In this document: piece after piece, positions 57,095 to 64,000 of the stretch
How the letters are laid out: each line of letters opens with the position of its first letter
How positions within the stretch are numbered: position 1 is the first letter of the stretch
Source of the DNA: Blastocatellia bacterium
GTDB taxonomy: Bacteria; Acidobacteriota; Blastocatellia; UBA7656
Assembly: GCA_035258805.1 (NCBI GenBank)
Contig: DATFWY010000003.1
Span: forward strand, 18,839-82,838
Direction of reading: 5' to 3'
DNA: 64,000 nucleotides
Made by a program: the position numbers and the translations under genes
Notes under the pieces: model-generated
What the model saw: only the letters and a program-made list of their open reading frames with translations
Database searches by the model: none
Told to the model about the DNA's origin: nothing

Positions 57095-57598
57095 CTACTT
57101 GAAACGATAGAGATCACTGGTCGAGACAGGGACATCCAACAGCTTCAAATAAAAAAAGAGCTGGTACTTGTGATTGATTAAGTGCTCAAGATTCCCAAAG
57201 AGCAGTGTAGCTACCGACTCTCCTTCGCTAACGAAAACAGTTTTAACACGGCGCTTGAGGTCGCTGTCATCGAGCAGATCAAACCCCTGTTTTATGTGAA
57301 ATGAGTAGTGACGAATCCGCGTAAGGGCCTCTTCCGTTCCGCAACAATGATTCACCGGAAGCTCCCGAAGCTCATCAAAGTGAACCAGTAACTCGGGCTT
57401 TGCCGCATACAGGGTCGCGCAAAACCCTGCCAGGCACTCGAGCAGATGTCCCAACAGATCGCACACCCGCGACGAGTCTGGATGCGGCCGCCATTCAGTT
57501 TTGCCGGATGGAATTAATTCAATAAGGTGCAGGGTGCGGTCGATCTGTTCTTCGATCTTCGCGAGGACATTAACAGCGAGCGTGTCTGATGCGCTCAT
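57095..57598 (-). CDS. DinB/YfiT-like (DinB_2) metal-dependent four-helix-bundle protein
   Basis: ...LIELIPSGKTEWRPHPDSSRVCDLLGHLLEC...HYSFHIKQGFDLL... matches the W..P......H pattern of DinB_2. The start ATG at 57598 overlaps the upstream gene's stop (ATGA). Confidence 0.45.
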   Translation of the reverse strand: MSASDTLAVNVLAKIEEQIDRTLHLIELIPSGKTEWRPHPDSSRVCDLLGHLLECLAGFCATLYAAKPELLVHFDELRELPVNHCCGTEEALTRIRHYSFHIKQGFDLLDDSDLKRRVKTVFVSEGESVATLLFGNLEHLINHKYQLFFYLKLLDVPVSTSDLYRFK

Positions 57599-58122
57599 CA
57601 GTTCCCCGAAATGCGCTCTTTGATCCTGGCGCTCCAACCCGAGACGGTTTCGGTTAGAGACATGTCGCCGTTGATAGAGGTCTTTATTCTGGGACTGAGC
57701 GACGGAAATATCGGGACTGTAAACTCGGTATCGAATTGGTAATGCACATCGAAACCGCCTGCGATTACCGACCAGGCAACTCCCGGTACTGCCGACAGAT
57801 CAATAGCGCACGGCAATTCAACCGTTTTGCTTGCGCGAGCGGGCAACTCTATTTCTTTGTTGTACTTTCCTTCCGCGGCTTGTTTGTCATTGAGCTTTAA
57901 TCGATAGCTGAAGTCCCTTAGCTTCAGTACAGGACCGGGATTGTCTACGACGACCGAGAGTTCAGTTTGAGCAATCTGATTCGCCCAATCTATTGATTTG
58001 AACGAAAGACCTTTCAAGCGAATCTTTGGCTTTTCGCTGTCCGAAGCAAGTGCAGGAGCTATTGAACCCCACATCATAAAGACAGCCGCAATCGCCACAA
58101 TCAAGCGGACCCTGACCGGCAT
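57598..58122 (-). CDS. Secreted LEA_2-like (LEA14/WHy-type) protein
   Basis: Signal peptide MPVRVRLIVAIAAVFMMWGSIAPALA starts at ATG 58122. KGLSFKSIDWANQIAQTELSVVVDNPGPVLKLRDFSYRLKLND resembles LEA_2/WHy domains. Confidence 0.4.
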   Translation of the reverse strand: MPVRVRLIVAIAAVFMMWGSIAPALASDSEKPKIRLKGLSFKSIDWANQIAQTELSVVVDNPGPVLKLRDFSYRLKLNDKQAAEGKYNKEIELPARASKTVELPCAIDLSAVPGVAWSVIAGGFDVHYQFDTEFTVPIFPSLSPRIKTSINGDMSLTETVSGWSARIKERISGN

Positions 58123-58123
58123 G

Positions 58124-58157
58124 CAAAAAAACGCAGACGAACCCGTCTGCGTTTTTC
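58124..58157 (-). terminator. Rho-independent terminator of glnA
   Basis: On the minus strand AAAAACGCAGACGGGTTCGTCTGCGTTTTTTT forms a 10-bp stem flanked by T-runs. It lies between the glnA stop (58181) and the next start (58122). Confidence 0.7.
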
Positions 58158-58180
58158 TGCGGTAATGTAGCGTCGACATC

Positions 58181-59590
58181 TTAAACATCAAAGTACATCT
58201 GGAACTCGAGCGGGTGCGGCCGCATGCGAATCGGATCGACCTCCTTGACCCGCTTGTAGCTGATCCAACGATCGATCAAACTTTCGGTGAATACATCACC
58301 TTTCAGCAAGAATTCGTGATCGGCTTCAAGTGCATCGAGTGCTTTATCGAGTGAACCGGGCAACGTTGGGACGTCCTTCAATTCTTCCGGCGACATGTCG
58401 TAGATGTCTTTGTCGAGAGGCTCGCCGGGATCGATGCGATTCTGAACACCATCCAGGCCGGCCATCATCATAGCGGCGAACGCCAGGTATGGATTGCAAG
58501 ACGGATCCGGGAAGCGGACTTCCAAACGCTTTGCGCCTGACGATTGAGAATACATCGGTATGCGTATCGCTGCCGATCGATTACGGCGCGAATAAGCCAG
58601 GTTCACGGGAGCTTCATAGCCGGGCACCAGCCGCTTGTAGCTGTTCGTTGTTGGAGCCGCAAGCGCCGCAATCGCAGCCGCGTGCTTGAGGACCCCTCCG
58701 GCGTAATGTAACCCCATTTCTGAGATGCCTGCATATTTGTCGCCCGCAAACAGCGCCTTTTCACCTTTCCAAAAGCTCTGGTGACAATGCATGCCGCTGC
58801 CGTTGTCGCCGAACATAGGCTTCGGCATAAAAGTCGCCGCTTTGCCGTAGTAGAACGCGGTGTTCTTGACCACATATTTAAAGAGCATCACATTGTCAGC
58901 AGTTCCCAGCAGCGTGGAAAAGCGGAAGTCGATCTCGCACTGTCCGCCGCTGGCGACTTCGTGGTGATGCATCTCAGGTTCGATACCTACCGACTGAAGA
59001 TTTTGCACAATGTCGGATCTTAGATCGTGCAAAGAATCGACCGGCGGCACCGGTACATAACCTTCTTTTGTTCGGACCCTGTAGCCGAGATTGTCTTCAG
59101 CGCGACCGGAGTTCCAGAGACCTTCAGACGAGTCGAAACGATAACCGGCGCTATTGACTTCGTTATGATAGCTGACTTGATCGAAGATAAAGAATTCGGC
59201 TTCCGGGCCGAAATAACACGTGTCCGCAATTCCGGTGAACTTGAGATAGCTCTCTGCGCGTTGAGCGACGGCGCGCGGGTCCATCTCATAGCCTTCCTTT
59301 GTCATGGGATCAACGGCATTCGCAAACATACACAAAGTAGGTTCTTCAAAAAAAGGATCAATCCAGAAACGGCTGGCGTCCGCCATGAGCAGCATGTCCG
59401 ATTCGTTGATCGAGGCCCAGCCACGAAGACTGGAGGCATCAAAGCCGATGCCTGACTCAAATGAATCTTCATTGAACTGGTTGATGGGCACGGTGACGTG
59501 ATGCCAACCGCCGGGAAGGTCTGTGAATCTGACATCGACGAACTTTACCTGTTCGTCCACTGCGAACTGCAACACTCTCTTCGGGTCCAT
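58181..59590 (-). CDS. glnA: Glutamine synthetase, type I
   Basis: 469 aa. The N-terminus is [21 protein letters not shown]. It has [10 protein letters not shown], ...[16 protein letters not shown] and ...[14 protein letters not shown] perfect AGGAGG lies 9 nt upstream. Confidence 0.9.
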   Translation of the reverse strand: MDPKRVLQFAVDEQVKFVDVRFTDLPGGWHHVTVPINQFNEDSFESGIGFDASSLRGWASINESDMLLMADASRFWIDPFFEEPTLCMFANAVDPMTKEGYEMDPRAVAQRAESYLKFTGIADTCYFGPEAEFFIFDQVSYHNEVNSAGYRFDSSEGLWNSGRAEDNLGYRVRTKEGYVPVPPVDSLHDLRSDIVQNLQSVGIEPEMHHHEVASGGQCEIDFRFSTLLGTADNVMLFKYVVKNTAFYYGKAATFMPKPMFGDNGSGMHCHQSFWKGEKALFAGDKYAGISEMGLHYAGGVLKHAAAIAALAAPTTNSYKRLVPGYEAPVNLAYSRRNRSAAIRIPMYSQSSGAKRLEVRFPDPSCNPYLAFAAMMMAGLDGVQNRIDPGEPLDKDIYDMSPEELKDVPTLPGSLDKALDALEADHEFLLKGDVFTESLIDRWISYKRVKEVDPIRMRPHPLEFQMYFDV

Positions 59591-59662
59591 TAAACCGAAT
59601 CCTCCTGCGTATACGGCTGTCCAAGTATGTTAGGGTGAGCCTGATTTTAAAAGAAGTTTGAG

Positions 59663-59690
59663 CATATAGGCGCGGTTCTTTGGGTGTCAA
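59663..59690 (-). promoter_or_regulatory. Putative sigma70 promoter for glnA (TTGACA-N16-TATATG on the minus strand)
   Basis: The hexamers were read directly from the minus strand. No sigma54 GG-N10-GC element was evident. Confidence 0.3.
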
Positions 59691-59807
59691 GGAAACGGCT
59701 CAATTTGCCGTGCGTTCTGAGGGAATGTGGCGAATGGTTTCTCTGCGAATCGAGCGGTTGAATTGAACTTAATCTGAGAAACAAGATTAACGCGGAGGGG
59801 TTAAGGC

Positions 59808-61067
59808 TCAAGGCTGCACAAACTTTATCTTGACCGGCAACTCGACCTTGTTCCCGTCGTCGGTCTCAACGATCACCATTCCTTCAAACGCACCAGCTTT
59901 GATTGGCTTTGTCGCATCAACCGTGATTCGAATAAGGTAATTGCTTCCCTCGACCATTGTCGATTGCTGGAATTTCAGAAACGACAGGGTCGAAGACAAG
60001 TTTTTGATGTGAAACGAGCCAACTTGCTTTCTGATTCCGAATCGTTGGATCGCACTCCCAAGACTCGTCAGGTTTTGCTCGCCAAAATCGAGCTCCTTCG
60101 GCGTAACCGTAAGATTCTCAGCAGGCACCGCAACCATTAGTTGAATTCTTATCTGCTGCGGGGATGGGCTTCCCTCCACGATTAGTTGAGCGGCGCGCGA
60201 TGCAGAAGCGGCACCTTCGAGACCAATATCCAGCCAGTAATCACCGTTTGCCTCTCGCCTGAGCTTCCAGGAGCCTGGCGCATCGGGACTAAGTTTCAGG
60301 GTGCCTGCGTCAGGCGTGAGTGCTCTAATTCTCAGAGCGATTGATGCCTTTTCTCCCGGCTCAACTGTTATGGCGGGACGCGCAGTCGGCCAGACATGAA
60401 ATGCTCCAACCGGTTCGCCGTGCGCCACGTCTGCGGTTCTTATTCGTTTAACGTAAGCTGGGAGCGGTTTCACATTGGCGATGATCGACACCTTAATGAT
60501 GGGGTGCTTCGGGTCGTTTGTTTGAAGCTCATAGCTTGCTTCAAGCGGACCTGTGTGATCAGCGGTATGAAGTCTGACGAGGATTGTACCAACCTGACCA
60601 GGCTGGACGACTTTCTCGAAGTACAAGTCGCCTGGCGGGCATCAGCTTGGAGCTGCGGGCCTCGCGGCTACGGTGCGAGTGATTGACAGGTTTCCTGGAT
60701 GCCAATCGGCCGTCGCAACCCGAAAGCTGGACCCGTTTTGCCGGTTGCCCAGGAGAGAACGTTGTGAGAGTTCGAGCGGTTTTGTTCCATTGTTTCGGAC
60801 TGGAAAGTTTTGCTCGAGTTCTTCGCCGGAAAACACGTCGCCGAAGTCGCGTTTGGTGGAGCCGATCACGACGACGGGTCCGTCTGGTGACGTACGAGCA
60901 CTCACCTCCAGACCCGAGTAACAGAGCCAGCCAATCATAGCCAGGAAGCACGCGTGCAGCAGTAATCGCAGGTTCTTGCGATAAGGCTGGAATGTTTTAG
61001 TTTGATCGACTTGAGTGTGCGTCACGATGAGATGGGTATAGTAAATGCGGACGGGGTAACAAGACAA
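59808..61067 (-). CDS. DUF1573-like (Ig-like fold) membrane-anchored protein interrupted by a single in-frame TGA at 60642-60644
   Basis: ORFs 60642..61067 and 59808..60626 are in the same frame and are separated only by TGA. The upstream part has a TM helix plus DFGDVFSGEELEQNFPVRNNGTKPLEL. The downstream part reads PGQVGTILVRL...LQTNDPKHPIIKVSIIANV. The downstream ORF can only start at a TTG. Confidence 0.45.
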
Positions 61068-61254
61068 GGGCCGAATCGGTGGTGTCCTAAAGGCGGGTTA
61101 CGATGGTTAACAAGTTAAGTGCCTCGCAAATCTTAACCTTGCTTTCTGGAGCTTGGCGAGTGATACAAGGCTGATTGGTAGCAACACCCAGATAGGACAC
61201 TTCCGTCGAATCAGCCTTCCTCAATTTACTTCGCTACGCTTCGATGTTTCATGT

Positions 61255-62091
61255 TTATCTACTCAAAACATAATCCAAAAGCCTCGCCGGCAACATTCTC
61301 TTTGCCGCTATCGCAAAACGGGCATGTCCCGGGGCTGCATAACGCGGCTTTGGATTATCGGTAGACAGCGCTCTGAAAATCACTTCCGCAATGTCTTGTG
61401 GTTTGCCTGACATTCTTCGCATTCGCTGAATCGCTTCAAAGCTTCTCTCAAACGATTCTTTGTATGGGCCTGAGTTATCAATCATCTCGCGCACATTTGC
61501 ATCGGCCACAGACCCAAACTCAGTAACGATCATTCCAGGTTCGATTATGACCACTTTAATTCCAAACTGCGCAAGTTCGCCGCGCAATCCATCAGAGATC
61601 GCCTCCAATGCGTGCTTGGTTGCATCATAAATCGAGCTCATCGGCCGAGCGATGCGTCCGGCAACCGAGCTGATGTTTATTATTCGGCCGCTACCCTGCC
61701 GTCGCATGATCGGAATGACAAGCTGCGTCAATGCTATAAGCGAAAACAGGTTTGTTTCGAAGTTCTGCCTGATAGCTTCAATTGGCACAAGCTCAATCGG
61801 ACCGCGTTGACCGTACCCGGCATTGTTGACTAACCCGTCTATGCGCCCGAATTCGCGCATGGTCTCCTGTACCAATCGCTCGCGATCCTCGGCGGACGTG
61901 ATATCTCCGACGACCGCAAGCGCTCGCCCGCCAACGGATTCAATCTGCTGTCGCACGGCTTCGAGCCGATCGGGACGACGAGCAGAAATCACCAGCGTTG
62001 CGCCTTCATCTGTCAGACGGCGCGCTGCAGCTTCGCCGATTCCGGCCGAAGCTCCAGTCACAATCACAATATGTCCGTCGAGCTTGCCCAT
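61255..62091 (-). CDS. SDR-family oxidoreductase
   Basis: HIVIVTGASAGIGEAAARRL... is followed by the YDATKHA catalytic dyad. Confidence 0.85.
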   Translation of the reverse strand: MGKLDGHIVIVTGASAGIGEAAARRLTDEGATLVISARRPDRLEAVRQQIESVGGRALAVVGDITSAEDRERLVQETMREFGRIDGLVNNAGYGQRGPIELVPIEAIRQNFETNLFSLIALTQLVIPIMRRQGSGRIINISSVAGRIARPMSSIYDATKHALEAISDGLRGELAQFGIKVVIIEPGMIVTEFGSVADANVREMIDNSGPYKESFERSFEAIQRMRRMSGKPQDIAEVIFRALSTDNPKPRYAAPGHARFAIAAKRMLPARLLDYVLSR

Positions 62092-62121
62092 TAGATGCTG
62101 ACCCTTCCAATCACCACGTCA

Positions 62122-62853
62122 TCAGAGCTTCGCCTGGAGGTAATAACGCATCATTTCACGCCAGGTCGGCCAGTCGTGCGGCATATCATATCCCCACAAA
62201 TCCAGCTCGTGAGGAATGCTCTTATGCGAAAGAATGCGAGACAACCATCGCGAGGCGTCGGGATTCTCGTAGCTACCCTGACCAGTGACAATATGAATGT
62301 GTTGCTTATGGCGTAGCGCTTCGAGCGCCCAGCCGTCAATATTCGGAAGATAATCAACCGGATTGTTGAAATAGACGTTGTCGTCGTAGTAATCGCCGCG
62401 ATAGTAACCGCGAATATCGTAAGCGCCGCTCATCGCCACGCAGCCGGCAAACAGATCGGGTCGCCGGAAGAGCTGATTCGCGCAGTGAAATGCCCCCAGG
62501 CTTGCGCCGGCGGTTATAACCCCGAAACGACCGCGACAACTGTTCCAGATATACGGAATGACTTCGTCGCAGATGTAATTGTTATACTGAACCTGGCGGA
62601 GCGCTTTATATCTGGGATGCAACTCATCGTTGAGCCAGCTCTCGCGGTTGATGCTATTGATAGAGAAGATCTTCACTTTTCCTGAATTAATCGAATCCTC
62701 GATGGCATCGATCACATAAAATCTCTCGTATTCCATGAAGTCCGATCCTGCCGTCGGAAACATCAGCAGCGGGAATCCGTAATGGCCGTAGGTGACAATC
62801 TCCATCCATTTGTGCAAGCTGGGACTGTGCCAGCCATCAATAAAGCGTTGCAT
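62122..62853 (-). CDS. Esterase-D / putative-esterase family alpha/beta hydrolase
   Basis: GVITAGASLGAFHCANQLFRRPDLF is GxSxG-like (GASLG). The overall pattern is that of PF00756-type esterases. Confidence 0.55.
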   Translation of the reverse strand: MQRFIDGWHSPSLHKWMEIVTYGHYGFPLLMFPTAGSDFMEYERFYVIDAIEDSINSGKVKIFSINSINRESWLNDELHPRYKALRQVQYNNYICDEVIPYIWNSCRGRFGVITAGASLGAFHCANQLFRRPDLFAGCVAMSGAYDIRGYYRGDYYDDNVYFNNPVDYLPNIDGWALEALRHKQHIHIVTGQGSYENPDASRWLSRILSHKSIPHELDLWGYDMPHDWPTWREMMRYYLQAKL

Positions 62854-63090
62854 AGAATTTCGTCCTTTTCTTCAGCAAATAAATCAACCCTTATTATTGG
62901 CAACCGTGTACGCTAGCCGCACGAGCAAGGAATTTCAAGGTGAGAACTGCTTAGCGACTTTGCGATTTTGCGTCTTTGCGTGAGATTGACGAACTGGTTT
63001 GCAACTTATTCCACATCAACATTGCTTGAGCCGAGCTACGCCCGGTGATAACATCGCGCGCGCTCAACACAACGCTTCGGAGCAAATAAA

Positions 63091-64000
63091 ATGAAAAGAA
63101 TCCTGTCACTGTTTTTGTTCCTGTTGCTCATGTGCGCCGGGGTATTCGCGCCTGTTAACTCTCAATCTCAGCCGACTCCTTCTCTGGCGATCATTCACGC
63201 GAACTTAATCGACGGAGTCTCTTCCGCGCCGATTCGAGACGTTACGTTGCTGATTCGGGATGGGCGCATCGAAAGTGTTTCGACGAGCAAGACGGAAATC
63301 CCATCCGGCATCTCCGTCTTCGATCTGAAAGGACGCTGGCTGCTTCCGGGTTTTGTCGATGCACACGCACACTTGGCCGACCTCGGGGCCGCGCGCAGGG
63401 CACTTGCATCCGGGGCTACGACGGTGCGCTGTCTGGGTGTCAACCACTTTGTCGATATCGGCTTCAGAGAGCTAAACCACGCCGGAGTCGTAGATATTCC
63501 GGATGTCGTTGCCGCCGGCTATCACGTTCGTCCCCGGCCTGCGGAAGAATTCTTCCTGGATAATCCTAAAATGAAAGACCTCATGGGCGGCGTGAAGGGG
63601 CCCGAAAGCGTGCGCCGTCTCGTTCGCGCGATGATTGATCGCGGCGCCGACGTCATCAAAATAATGGCAACTGAGCGCGCCGGTCTGCCGGATACGGATC
63701 CTCGTAAACGCGTTTTCAGCGATGAAGAACTTATCGCGGCAGTTGACGAAGCTCGCAAATCCAACGTCTACGTAGCGGCACACGCACACGGAGATGAGGG
63801 AGCGGCTGCGGCGGTGCGTGCTGGGGTTCGTTCAATAGAGCACGGAACTTACCTGAGCGATCAAACCCTCACAATGATGAAAGAAAAAGGCACCTATCTG
63901 GTGCCGACCATTGCAACAGTTATGGACTTGATCGACCCGGGTGGAGATTATGATGATCCGGTTCTGTCGGTGCGGGGTCGCGCGATGCTGCCTCGGATCC
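63091..64000 (+). CDS. 3'-truncated secreted amidohydrolase-family protein
   Basis: There is a signal peptide. IIHANLIDG...GRWLLPGFVDAHAHL is the amidohydrolase metal-binding HxH motif. Later it has AAHAHGDEG. The frame is open to the end of the window. Confidence 0.75.
   Translation, partial: MKRILSLFLFLLLMCAGVFAPVNSQSQPTPSLAIIHANLIDGVSSAPIRDVTLLIRDGRIESVSTSKTEIPSGISVFDLKGRWLLPGFVDAHAHLADLGAARRALASGATTVRCLGVNHFVDIGFRELNHAGVVDIPDVVAAGYHVRPRPAEEFFLDNPKMKDLMGGVKGPESVRRLVRAMIDRGADVIKIMATERAGLPDTDPRKRVFSDEELIAAVDEARKSNVYVAAHAHGDEGAAAAVRAGVRSIEHGTYLSDQTLTMMKEKGTYLVPTIATVMDLIDPGGDYDDPVLSVRGRAMLPRI

Overview
This 64-kb window looks like a chromosomal segment from a soil Gram-negative bacterium, probably Acidobacteria-like. 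That taxonomic call is an inference from gene content: CarboxypepD_reg-type TonB receptor, many TPR proteins, DUF1573. I support about 50 protein-coding genes, mostly housekeeping or metabolic. I did not recognise any rRNA, tRNA, CRISPR array, transposase, integrase or phage gene.

Recognisable genes include: a TonB-dependent receptor; hbd; lepB-rnc; acnA; mscS; a DUF2318-FtsX-ABC exporter; an Na+/solute symporter; an S58 / M20 / class-V aminotransferase cluster; an F420 cofactor cluster (fno-cofD-cofC-cofE); rlmI; folK; a hybrid sensor kinase; cydAB; a persulfide dioxygenase-rhodanese fusion; glnA; and several SDR, esterase and amidohydrolase genes.

The observations I think most deserve a second look are these:
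1. A DUF1573-like gene is interrupted by exactly one in-frame TGA (60642-60644, minus strand), with an RNA hairpin starting 7 nt downstream of it. It could be a pseudogene, a sequencing error, or a selenocysteine/readthrough site.
2. A 1286-aa membrane protein with five tandem ~135-aa repeats sits downstream of a marR gene whose promoter overlaps a perfect 7-bp inverted repeat.
3. The divergent HD-marR intergenic region carries mirror-image G-quadruplex motifs on both strands.
4. Several families of intergenic palindromic, MITE-like repeats built from shared short words recur across the window. One copy is flanked by an imperfect 8/9-bp direct repeat that could be a target-site duplication.
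5. The F420 cluster sits in an unexpected background. It lacks cofG/cofH in the window and has a 4x direct-repeat array in the cofC-cofE spacer.

All calls come from reading the six-frame ORF track and the raw sequence by eye. No database searches were run. Family assignments rest on remembered motifs and should be confirmed with HMM searches.
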